From positions 3,012 to 35,011 of the forward strand of contig CAZNZM010000002.1 in assembly GCA_964577555.1 (NCBI GenBank): DNA of 32,000 nt, given 5' to 3'. The notes below the pieces were generated by a model. It had not been told where the DNA came from, did no database searches, and saw only the letters and a program-made list of their open reading frames with translations. Position 1 is the first letter of the stretch, and each line of letters begins with the position of its first letter. Positions 1-7,851 of this stretch are shown here, piece after piece. The translations under genes and the position numbers were made by a program. This stretch comes from an uncultured archaeon (GTDB lineage Archaea > Iainarchaeota > Iainarchaeia > Iainarchaeales > Iainarchaeaceae).

Positions 1-175
1 TATGGGCTCTGTTGTTGCAGGTTTTGGTGTTTGAGTGGGTGGTTTTTCTGGTTTTTTGGTGTTAAGTTGTGTTGTTGGTTGTGTTGGTGTTGTTTGTGGG
101 TTTTGTGGTGTTTTGCTTATTATGGGCTCTGTTGTTGCAGGTTTTGGTGTTTGAGTGGGTGGTTTTTCTGGTTTT
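1..175. repeat. 55-bp direct repeat, two copies (1-55 and 121-175), 120 bp apart
   Basis: tatgggctctgttgttgcaggttttggtgtttgagtgggtggtttttctggtttt is present identically at both positions. Confidence 0.9.
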
Positions 176-306
176 GTTTGTTGCATTGCTTTTGCTGATC
201 CAAAACTCTTTTTGAATGGTGTTTTAGGGGTTGGTGGTTTTTCGGTTTTATAATATGTAGGTTTGCGAGGATAACGCAGTAATAATAAATAAATTTTTTT
301 TGGCAT
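1..306 (-). CDS. Partial Pro/Thr/Lys-rich low-complexity protein, runs off the left edge
   Basis: Reverse complement from ATG at 306: MPKKIYLLLLRYPRKPTYYKTEKPPTPKTPFKKSFGSAKAMQQTKPEKPPTQTPKPATTEPIISKTPQNPQTTPTQPTTQLNTKKPEKPPTQTPKPATTEPI. No stop before position 1. Not in the supplied ORF track because it is open at the edge. Confidence 0.6.
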   Translation of the reverse strand, partial: MPKKIYLLLLRYPRKPTYYKTEKPPTPKTPFKKSFGSAKAMQQTKPEKPPTQTPKPATTEPIISKTPQNPQTTPTQPTTQLNTKKPEKPPTQTPKPATTEPI

Positions 307-420
307 TTTATAATTATATTTTTGATTTAATATTAAACTTATTGTTTTTTTTTTGTTGATTTTTATTTGTTGCTTGTTAGCCTTAGTTTTAATAAAATAA
401 AGGGGTTTTTTATTTTGTTT

Positions 421-1662
421 ATGGGGGTTGAAGATTATTTAAGGCAGTTGCTTGGTGGGTATTATGGTTCTGTGAATGTTTGTTCTGTGCCTGATATTGC
501 CAAGCGTGAATTTGGGGTTGGGGATTTTGGGAAGAAGATTTCTGCTAGGCATCTTTCTTTTTCCAGTTTTGTGGATTTGAATTTTTTTTTGCGTGAAAAG
601 GTTCCTTTTTATATTTCTTATTCTAATGCACTTTATGATTTTCCGAGTGCTCGGCCTATGGAAGCTAAGGGGCTTGTTGGTGCTGATTTGGTTTATGAGT
701 TTGATGCTGATGATTTGAAGACCGATTGTAAAAAGTCGCATGATTCTTGGCGGTGTCAAGGTTGTGGTGCTTTTGGCAAAGGTAATTTGCGTAATTGTCC
801 TGAGTGTGGTTCTGGTACTTTGGTTGATGAGTGGGTTTGTCCTGATTGTCTTGGCGAGGCCCGTTCTCAAGCTAAAAAATTGATTTCTTTGCTTGAAAAT
901 GATTTTGGCGTGTCTTCTGGTGTTTTTGTAAATTTTTCCGGGAGCAAGGGTTATCATGTTCATGTTAGGGGTGATTATGTTCGCGGGTTTTCAAAGTCTG
1001 CGAGGATTGAGTTGCTTGATTATATTACTGGCAATAATCTTGATTTTGAGTCTTTGGGTTTTTTTTATGATGAAAAGAAAATTTATCATTGTCCTAAATA
1101 TTCGCGTGCCAAGGGTTGGGCGAGGAAGATTCTTGATGATGTCAAGTCGTTGTTTGTGGAAGGTGATGTTGAAAAAATTCGTGTTATTGGAAGTAGTGGT
1201 TTGCCTAAAAGGGGTGGTGTTGCTGTTGTTGAAAGTTTATTAAAAGAAAGGCAGTTAATATTCAAGGGGCTGGATGATGGTTTTTTTTGGGGGGTTAAGG
1301 GTTTGAAGCTTAAGGAATTTTGGGGGTCTGTGATTAAGTCTGTTGCTGATGAGTTGAAGCTTGATGTTGATAGGCAGACTTCGGTTGATATTAATAAGTT
1401 GATAAGGGTGCCTGATACGATTCATGGTTATACTGGTTTGTCTGCGAAAAGTTTTGATTTGGAGGTTTTTTCAAGGTTTGATCCTTTGTCTGATTCTGTT
1501 GTTTTGCCTGGTGATGAGGTGCGTGTTTGCAAGGTAGTTTCTCCAAGGTTTTTTCTTGGCGGGAAATGGTTCGGGCCTTTTAAGGGAGATAGTTTTTCTT
1601 GTCCTGCTTATGTTGCGTATTATTTGCTTGCAAGGGGTTCCGCGGAGCTTGATGTTTTATGA
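421..1662 (+). CDS. priS: DNA primase small (catalytic) subunit PriS, archaeal/eukaryotic type
   Basis: DLVYEFDADD catalytic Asp motif, FSGSKGYHVHV motif and zinc-binding Cys residues. ATG at 421 preferred over TTG at 367. Confidence 0.93.
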   Translation: MGVEDYLRQLLGGYYGSVNVCSVPDIAKREFGVGDFGKKISARHLSFSSFVDLNFFLREKVPFYISYSNALYDFPSARPMEAKGLVGADLVYEFDADDLKTDCKKSHDSWRCQGCGAFGKGNLRNCPECGSGTLVDEWVCPDCLGEARSQAKKLISLLENDFGVSSGVFVNFSGSKGYHVHVRGDYVRGFSKSARIELLDYITGNNLDFESLGFFYDEKKIYHCPKYSRAKGWARKILDDVKSLFVEGDVEKIRVIGSSGLPKRGGVAVVESLLKERQLIFKGLDDGFFWGVKGLKLKEFWGSVIKSVADELKLDVDRQTSVDINKLIRVPDTIHGYTGLSAKSFDLEVFSRFDPLSDSVVLPGDEVRVCKVVSPRFFLGGKWFGPFKGDSFSCPAYVAYYLLARGSAELDVL

Positions 1663-2210
1663 TTTCGTATGATGATGTGAGGCGCATTCACAGGTTGGAG
1701 AAGAATTCCTCAAGGCTTGTTGATGTGAATCAGGAGTTTTATAGTGATTTGCAGGATTTTGTTCAGGCTGAAAAGAAAAAGTATTTGAGCAAGGCTAATG
1801 ATTCAGGCCTTGTTGATTCTAGGGATTTTGTGAATTTGAAGAAGATGGTTGAGGAGATTTTTTCAATGCGTGAAAAAAAAATTATGAATGCTGCTCTTGT
1901 GGCTTCTCATACTGGCGAGCCTTTGGAGGAAGGCATGACTTTGCAGGAGAGGAAGCTTTTCAAACAGGTTTTTGAGTTGCTTCGTTCTCATAAGGCTCTT
2001 TTGAATGTGGTTTTTTGCGGGGTTGAAAAAGGCCAGGGTTGTGATACGGATTTAAATAATCTTTCAGTGGAAATTTTGTCTGATATTCCTGCTTTTGTTG
2101 GAACTGATATGAAGGAATATGGGCCTTTTAAAAAAGGCGCGGTTGTGGTGTTGCCTGCAAAAATTGCTAAGGTTTTGTTGCAGAGTAATCTTGCAGAGGT
2201 GAAATCATGA
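1659..2210 (+). CDS. Archaeal GINS complex subunit (Gins51/Gins15 family)
   Basis: Located directly after priS. N-terminal helical A domain (RLEKNSSRL..QEFYSDL) and C-terminal B domain FVGTDMKEYGPFKKGAVVVLPAKIAKVLL. Confidence 0.8.
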   Translation: MISYDDVRRIHRLEKNSSRLVDVNQEFYSDLQDFVQAEKKKYLSKANDSGLVDSRDFVNLKKMVEEIFSMREKKIMNAALVASHTGEPLEEGMTLQERKLFKQVFELLRSHKALLNVVFCGVEKGQGCDTDLNNLSVEILSDIPAFVGTDMKEYGPFKKGAVVVLPAKIAKVLLQSNLAEVKS

Positions 2211-2389
2211 AGTCTTTTGCGAATCGTAAAAATGTTTTTTTTAGGGTTAAATGTCGTTGTGGGCACGAGCAGGTTGTTTTTGGTGCGGCCAAGACAAAGG
2301 TGAGGTGTCTTTCTTGTGGTTCTCAGCTTGTGAAAACCACTGGTTCCAAGGCGGTTTTTATGGCAAAGGTTTTAGAGGAGCTTAATTGA
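2207..2389 (+). CDS. rps27e: 30S ribosomal protein S27e
   Basis: 60 aa zinc ribbon: FFRVKCRCGHEQVVFGAAKTKVRCLSCGSQLVKTTGSKA. Syntenic with aIF2-alpha. Confidence 0.9.
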   Translation: MKSFANRKNVFFRVKCRCGHEQVVFGAAKTKVRCLSCGSQLVKTTGSKAVFMAKVLEELN

Positions 2390-2399
2390 GGTTTTTTTT

Positions 2400-3170
2400 A
2401 TGCAAGAATTGCCTGAACAGGGTGAAATTGTAATTGGGCGGATTGTAAAGGTTTTGGATTACGGGGTTTTTCTTGAACTTTTGGAGTATGAGGGTGTTCA
2501 GGGTTTTGTGCATATTTCGAATGTGAGTTCCAGTTGGATAAAGAATATTAGGAATTTTGTTAAAGAAGGACAAATAAGGGCTGGCAAGGTTATTGCAATT
2601 GATCCTAATAAAAAGCAGATTGATATTTCTTTTACAAAGGTTTCTCAAAGCCAGCAAAGGGAAAAGATTGAGGCTTTCAGGCAAGCCAAGAGGGCTCAAA
2701 AGCTTATTGAGTTGTTGGCTCAAAGCACTAATCAAAGCACTGATGTTGCTTGGGTTGAAGTTGGGGATCCTTTGCTTGAAAAGTTTGATTCTTTGTATGA
2801 GGCATTTCAGGCTGTTCTTGTTTCTCCTGAAAAGGTTTTGCCTTTGGTTCCTCAAAAATGGGCTGGTCCATTGAAGGAGCTTGTGGAGAAGAATTTTGAG
2901 GTTCCTGAGAAAACTGTTAAGGGTGTTGTTGTTGTGCATGTGCCTGGTTCTAATGGTGTTGAGGCTTTGAAAAAGTCTTTGCTTGCTGGAGCCAAAAAGG
3001 GTGGCAAGAATGTTTCTATTTCTTATGAAGGTTCTGGCAGGTATTTGATTTGGGCTACTTCAACCAATTATAAGAATGCTGAAAAAATTTTGCGTTCCGT
3101 TTCTGATGAAATAATTTCTTTTGCAAAGTCTGTTGGTGGCGAAGCTGAATTTGAGAAAATAGATAATTGA
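2400..3170 (+). CDS. eif2a: Translation initiation factor 2 subunit alpha (aIF2-alpha)
   Basis: N-terminal S1 domain (GEIVIGRIVKVLDYGVFLELLEYEGVQGFVHISNVSSSWIKNIRNFVKEGQ), full-length aIF2-alpha layout, next to S27e. Confidence 0.93.
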   Translation: MQELPEQGEIVIGRIVKVLDYGVFLELLEYEGVQGFVHISNVSSSWIKNIRNFVKEGQIRAGKVIAIDPNKKQIDISFTKVSQSQQREKIEAFRQAKRAQKLIELLAQSTNQSTDVAWVEVGDPLLEKFDSLYEAFQAVLVSPEKVLPLVPQKWAGPLKELVEKNFEVPEKTVKGVVVVHVPGSNGVEALKKSLLAGAKKGGKNVSISYEGSGRYLIWATSTNYKNAEKILRSVSDEIISFAKSVGGEAEFEKIDN

Positions 3171-3230
3171 TTTCTTAAACTTTTTAGGAGTATTTTTTAA
3201 GCTTTTGCAAATCAATATTTTGTTGGTTGT

Positions 3231-4001
3231 ATGCCTACTAGTGTCAAATTTGTGTCCAATAAAAAATTCAAGGATGCTGTGCTTTTTACAGGTTTGCCTG
3301 GAATTGGGCTTGTTGGCAAGATTTGTGTGGATTATTTGCTTAAGCAATTCAAGGCTGAAAAGGTTGCTGAAATTCATTCTGATTTTTTTCCGCCAAGCGT
3401 TCAAACTGAAAATGGCATTGTTGAAATGATAAAGGATGAAATTTATTATTTGGATTTTGGTGGCAAGGATTTTCTTTTTATTTCAGGCCCTATTCAACCG
3501 ACATTGGATGGGCGGTATTCGTCAATGCAGGAGCATTTTGAATTTTCAAGAAGCATAATCGAGTCGTTGAAAGGCAGAGGGCTTGGCGAGATTTGTACTT
3601 TAGCAGGCATAAATATTGGGGACAAGCGAATGCAAGTAGAGCCGCGCGTGGTGGTTGCTGCTACTAATAAAAAAAAGCTTGAAGAGTGGAAAAAGCTTGG
3701 AGCGGTTTCCGACAGGCCGATTGGAATGATAAGCGGCGTTGCCGGTTTGCTTTTGGGGATTGGCAAAGAAGAGGGGATTGAAGGCGCTTGTCTTATGGGT
3801 GAAACGAATGCTCGTATGATTTATGGCGATCCAGGAGCCGCCAAAAAAGTGGTTGAAATACTAATAAAGCGTTATGGGTTCAAAGTTGATATGACTTCCA
3901 TGGATCGAGAAGCAAAGGAAATTGAAAAAGCGTTTGCCGAACTCAACAAGCAATTTGAAGAACACGAGGACACTCCTGCTCATTTATCGTATGTCAGATA
4001 A
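3231..4001 (+). CDS. PAC2 family protein (archaeal proteasome assembly chaperone-like)
   Basis: DAVLFTGLPGIGLVGKICVDYLLKQF..., SDFFPPSV, GVAGLLLG, ACLMGET..YGDPGAAKKVVEIL motifs typical of archaeal PAC2 proteins. Confidence 0.85.
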   Translation: MPTSVKFVSNKKFKDAVLFTGLPGIGLVGKICVDYLLKQFKAEKVAEIHSDFFPPSVQTENGIVEMIKDEIYYLDFGGKDFLFISGPIQPTLDGRYSSMQEHFEFSRSIIESLKGRGLGEICTLAGINIGDKRMQVEPRVVVAATNKKKLEEWKKLGAVSDRPIGMISGVAGLLLGIGKEEGIEGACLMGETNARMIYGDPGAAKKVVEILIKRYGFKVDMTSMDREAKEIEKAFAELNKQFEEHEDTPAHLSYVR

Positions 4002-4121
4002 TTAAAGCTTGCGTAATATTTTTTTAATTTTTTTGTGTCTGAAAGAAAATTTTAATATCGTGTATACGATAATTTTCAAGATTTTTTCTAATCAGTTTTT
4101 TGTAGAAAATTTGTTTTTTTT

Positions 4122-4815
4122 GGTGAGCCGATTTTGTTTTTTTTTTCTTATTTTTTTTTGGTTTGTTTTTTTTTGTTTGTTTTTTTTTGGCGAGCCATTT
4201 TTTTGTCATTTTTCTTTTTTTTTTGAATTCTTTTTTTTTGTCAATTATTTTTTTAATTGGATTTTGTTTTTTTTTGTTTGTTTTTTTGTGAATTCTTTTT
4301 TTTTGTGAGCTGTTTTTTTTATTTTTTTTATTTTTTTTTGTTTTTTTGCAAGCTGTTTTTTTTATGGAATTTGTTTTTTTTTAGCAAGCCAATTTTTTTT
4401 GAATTATTTTTTTGATTTTTGTTTTTTTTTGGCGAGCCGATTTTGTTTTTTTTCTTATTTTTTTTGATTTTTGTTTTTTTTTGGCGAGCCATTTTTTTGT
4501 CATTTTTCTTTTTTTTTTTGAATTCTTTTTTTTTGTCAATTATTTTTTTAATTGGATTTTGTTTTTTTTGTTATTTTTTTTTGTGAATTTGTTTTTTTTT
4601 TCGTTTTAGTTATTTTTTTTTGTTTTTGTTGGTTTGGTTTTTTTTTGCAAGCTGTTTTTTTTTATGGAATTTGTTTTTTTTTAGCAAGCCAATTTTTTTT
4701 TGAATTATTTTTTTTGATTTTTTTTTTTTTTTGGCGAGCCGATTTTGTTTTTTTTTCTTATTTTTTTTTGGTTTGTTTTTTTTTGTTTGTTTTTTTTTGG
4801 CGAGCCATTTTTTTT
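4122..4815 (+). repeat. Tandem array of about 305 bp T-rich units (about 2.3 copies)
   Basis: Units start with GG[CT]GAGCCGATTTTG at 4122, 4431 and 4733 (spacings 309 and 302). Each full unit carries the same series of markers: GGCGAGCCATTTTTTTGTCATTTTTC, GAATTCTTTTTTTTTGTCAATTATTTTTTTAATTGGATTTTG, TGCAAGCTG..ATGGAATTTG, AGCAAGCCAATTTTTTTTGAATTATTTTTTTTGATTTTT. Confidence 0.9.
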
Positions 4816-4911
4816 GGGCAATTTTATTTTTTTATTTTTTGTCAGACATTTTTTTGATATTTTTTTAATTGAGTTTGATTGAAATTCGTTTTTTTTTGTT
4901 TTAATATTCTC

Positions 4912-6174
4912 CTATTTTTTTTGTGGTTGGTTGTTGGTTGGGCATTTTGTTTCGTATTTCATTTCTTTACTTATTTTTTCAAATTCTTTTTCGTTTTTGC
5001 ATATTATTGGTTTTCCGTATTTTCCTCCACCGCCAGGAATATAAAGCACTAGTCCTTTTCTGAATGCTGTTATCATTTCTCCTATTTCTTTGTCTTCTTT
5101 CATTAGTTCTGCTTCTGGGGTTTCTGTCAGTATTTTTATTTCGTTTCCGAATTTTTCCACGAGTTCCATCCATTTTGCTTGGACTTTTTTTGTTTCGATT
5201 CCTTTTGAGTTTGTTGCTGTTTGGATTATTTCTGCAAGTGGCAGCATGTATTGGTATGGTGGCCTAAATTTTGGGTGTTTTTCTTGTTCCGTGTCTTTGA
5301 GCATCATTATTCTGTCCATTACTCCGCGTTTAATGTCTGTTTTGCATTTTATGCATTTCCATTTTAGTGTTTCCGCTTCTTTCAGCGAATATTTTTTGTG
5401 GCATTCTGAGCAAGCCGTGCAGTGGTATTTTCCTTCTTTTGGATTAAGTCCTGCGTTGAGTGTTATTAATTTGTCTTCGCGTTCGTTGAATGCTTTTTTT
5501 AGTGATTTGAAATCTGGTTTTTCCATTTTTATTTTTATGAATTCTCTGCCAATGCGGTGTGGCCAAGGTGAATGTGCGTCAGAACTTGTGAGGAATGCGT
5601 ATGAATGGTTTTCTGAAATCATGTCCGCCATGTTTGTGTCTGCGCTTAATCCCAATTCTATGAATTTGAGTTCTTTGTGCATGTTGCCGTATGCTGTTTT
5701 GAGTGAGTCGTAGAATGCATAAATGCCTGTGTATGGCGTGAATGAGTGTGCAGGTCCGAATATTCCACCAGAGTCGTGTATTTTTTCAGCCAATGCTTCT
5801 GGGGTTAGTTTGATGTATGGTCTGCCGCACATTATGCAGTCAAGGTTGCCGTGTGGCAAAAGTTTTTCTCTTAATTCTAAAGCGTTTTCAATTGCTGGGA
5901 GGTAGAAGAGGTGGTGTATTCCGTTTTTGTCTTCTGCTTCTCCGCCTATTATGTAATTGCAGTTTTGGTTTTTGTCTGCATAAACCCCGTTTTCTGTTTC
6001 TATTATGTTTTGTTTGACGTGTTTGAGCCATTCTTTGTGCAGTATGTCGCCTGTTGATAGCACTTCTATTCCTTTGAGTTTTGCTTGTTCGGATAAGATG
6101 GGTATTTCCATGTTTTTGCTTACCCCTCCAGCGTATTTTCCATGTATTTGCAGGTCTAAAACGAATTCGCGCAT
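4912..6174 (-). CDS. PHP-domain endonuclease Q-like protein (EndoQ)
   Basis: N-terminal PHP motif DLQIHGKYAGG, internal GPAHSFTPYTGIYAFYDS and SSDAHSPWPHRIG, central Zn motif CTACSECHKKY..KWKCIKCK. Matches the archaeal PHP family that includes EndoQ. Confidence 0.85.
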   Translation of the reverse strand: MREFVLDLQIHGKYAGGVSKNMEIPILSEQAKLKGIEVLSTGDILHKEWLKHVKQNIIETENGVYADKNQNCNYIIGGEAEDKNGIHHLFYLPAIENALELREKLLPHGNLDCIMCGRPYIKLTPEALAEKIHDSGGIFGPAHSFTPYTGIYAFYDSLKTAYGNMHKELKFIELGLSADTNMADMISENHSYAFLTSSDAHSPWPHRIGREFIKIKMEKPDFKSLKKAFNEREDKLITLNAGLNPKEGKYHCTACSECHKKYSLKEAETLKWKCIKCKTDIKRGVMDRIMMLKDTEQEKHPKFRPPYQYMLPLAEIIQTATNSKGIETKKVQAKWMELVEKFGNEIKILTETPEAELMKEDKEIGEMITAFRKGLVLYIPGGGGKYGKPIICKNEKEFEKISKEMKYETKCPTNNQPQKK

Positions 6175-6242
6175 TGATGATTTTTTGCCAAGACATTGTT
6201 TTAAATTGGTTGCAGGAGGGTTTTTTTGTTGTAGGCGTTTTT

Positions 6243-6869
6243 ATGTCAACTGAATTTGATTTAGGACATACAATGAGAATAACTGGCGAGTCTAAAAGTG
6301 AGTGGTTGAAAAGAAAGTTTGAGACAATGGTGTTGCCGCAGTTTAGGGTGGTTAGCCAAAATTCTGTGCTTGATGGAAAAAGAGTTCTTGAGTTTGGTTG
6401 TTTTGCAGGTCAATTGACTGATTATATTAACAAAAATTCTTCAGCTAAGTGTGTTGGGCTTGACGTAAAATTGCTTGAAAAGAGAAAGGGTTTGTATGAG
6501 TATGATGGGAAAAGAATTCCTTTCAATGATGGAGAATTTGATATTGTCACTTGTTTTGAAGTGATTGAACATGTTTTTAATCCTGTTGAAACTTTGGCTG
6601 AAATAAACAGGGTGTTGAAAAAGGGCGGGGTGCTTTATATTACTGCGCCGAACAAGTTTTGGGTTTCGTTGGGTTGGGGGCATAACAGTCTTGAAATGCA
6701 TTTGCGTCATATTTTTCGTAAAAATCCTGATTGTGTCAATCTTTTTTCTTGGTGGGAAATAACTAAACTGCTTGAAGATGCTGGTTTTAATTGGGTTTCT
6801 TTGCAAAAAAAGCCTTTTTGGTTGTCGCGCGGCTGGTTGCTTAAATGCGTGAAAATAAAAAATAAATAA
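6243..6869 (+). CDS. Class I SAM-dependent methyltransferase
   Basis: VLEFGCFAGQLTDYI (motif I), IPFNDGEFDIVTCFEVIEHV, RVLKKGGVLYITAPN. ATG at 6243 chosen because the longer ORF from 6081 overlaps EndoQ. Confidence 0.85.
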   Translation: MSTEFDLGHTMRITGESKSEWLKRKFETMVLPQFRVVSQNSVLDGKRVLEFGCFAGQLTDYINKNSSAKCVGLDVKLLEKRKGLYEYDGKRIPFNDGEFDIVTCFEVIEHVFNPVETLAEINRVLKKGGVLYITAPNKFWVSLGWGHNSLEMHLRHIFRKNPDCVNLFSWWEITKLLEDAGFNWVSLQKKPFWLSRGWLLKCVKIKNK

Positions 6870-6923
6870 GCATTAATATTGTGTTGGTTGTATTTTTTTG
6901 GGTTTGGAAAAAAAGGTTTTTTT

Positions 6924-7571
6924 ATGGTAAAGTTTACTGAGACGCAAAGAAAAATAGCTGTGTTGCTTTTACATGCTTCTAAAACTGCTGATGACATTTC
7001 AAAGCAGTTGAATTTGCCTTTGATTGAGGTTAATGATGCTTTGAAGGATATGTTGAAGCTTAAGGTTGTGAAGCTTGATGGTTATCCGCCTAAGTATTCT
7101 TTGATGGAAAGTATTGTTGAAGCCGTGAAAAGGCGAAAGGAGTTGCAGGAAAAGGATCCTTTTGAATTGAGGTTGAAAGCCATTATTGAGTTTAAGGCTG
7201 TGGAAGAAAGTCTTCTTGAAAAAATGGTTTCCGAAATAGAGGCAAAGTTGCGCAAGGAAAAGAATTTTACTATTTATGAGATTTACCGGGCCAAGCCTAT
7301 TAAGGAAGGGACTCATTATAGCGCTTATTTGGAGGTTAATTTCAGTGTTGCTGATTTTTCAACTTTGGTTCAATTCATGTATTATTATGGGCCTGTTTCT
7401 GTTGAGGTCATAAAGCCGCAAAAAATAGTTATTTCAATGGACGATCTTCAGGATGGGCTTATGGACATGGCTGAAATGATTCAAGCTTATAATGCTTCCA
7501 TGCTTAAATACATGGAAAAGGAAGAGCTTGAAGAATTCGCAAAAAACCTTTACAAGCCAAGCCAGGATTGA
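6924..7571 (+). CDS. Conserved-looking archaeal protein with N-terminal HTH-like region, function unknown
   Basis: KFTETQRKIAVLLLHASKTADDISKQLNLPLIEVNDALKDMLKLKVVKLDG resembles a winged-helix domain. ATG at 6924. Confidence 0.65.
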   Translation: MVKFTETQRKIAVLLLHASKTADDISKQLNLPLIEVNDALKDMLKLKVVKLDGYPPKYSLMESIVEAVKRRKELQEKDPFELRLKAIIEFKAVEESLLEKMVSEIEAKLRKEKNFTIYEIYRAKPIKEGTHYSAYLEVNFSVADFSTLVQFMYYYGPVSVEVIKPQKIVISMDDLQDGLMDMAEMIQAYNASMLKYMEKEELEEFAKNLYKPSQD

Positions 7572-7689
7572 TTTTTCGTTTTAAGTCGTAATTGTTATTA
7601 TAAATTGTTTGGTTATATATTTTTTGAGTGTTTTTCAATGGGTTTCCAACCTTATTTTCGTCGCTTGCCAAATACCTTTTCTTTAATAG

Positions 7690-7726
7690 CCATAAAAAAA
7701 AGGGTTTTTTTGGCGGTTTTTTATGG
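7690..7726. promoter_or_regulatory. 10-bp perfect inverted repeat upstream of the S-layer gene
   Basis: CCATAAAAAA (7690-7699) and TTTTTTATGG (7717-7726) with a 17-nt spacer. Confidence 0.6.
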
Positions 7727-7741
7727 TTTGGAAATCCTAAA

Positions 7742-7759
7742 ACGAAATGTATTTAAATA
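7742..7759 (+). promoter_or_regulatory. Archaeal BRE/TATA-like promoter for the S-layer gene
   Basis: acgaaatgtaTTTAAATA, about 93 nt upstream of the start codon, implying a leader of roughly 65-70 nt. Confidence 0.55.
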
Positions 7760-7837
7760 AAGTGAGTCAAGATTATGAAAGTTTTCTTAGCCATAAGTGA
7801 CATGGTTAAGAATATGTATTTTCATTGGATAAAACGT

Positions 7838-7844
7838 GAGGTGA
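7838..7844 (+). promoter_or_regulatory. Strong Shine-Dalgarno sequence for the S-layer gene
   Basis: GAGGTGA, 7 nt before ATG at 7852. Confidence 0.75.
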
Positions 7845-7851
7845 AACGAAA

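Noticed and set aside
3171-3230. Nop10 gene between aIF2-alpha and PAC2
   Set aside because: Only 60 bp are available and no Nop10-like zinc motif is present.
4122-4815. Tandem repeats as a CRISPR array
   Set aside because: Unit length of about 305 bp, no short repeat with unique spacers, no cas genes nearby.
4009-4857. Plus-strand ORFs encoding poly-Phe proteins (4009..4308, 4412..4609, 4552..4857)
   Set aside because: They exist because T runs lack stop codons. Their sequence is the translated 305-bp repeat, and overlapping frames are open in the same region.
5090-5713. Long plus-strand ORF of 207 aa
   Set aside because: Antisense to the well-supported EndoQ gene; a product of skewed composition.
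6081-6242. Upstream extension of the methyltransferase ORF
   Set aside because: It overlaps the EndoQ start and encodes no domain; ATG 6243 gives a normal methyltransferase N-terminus.
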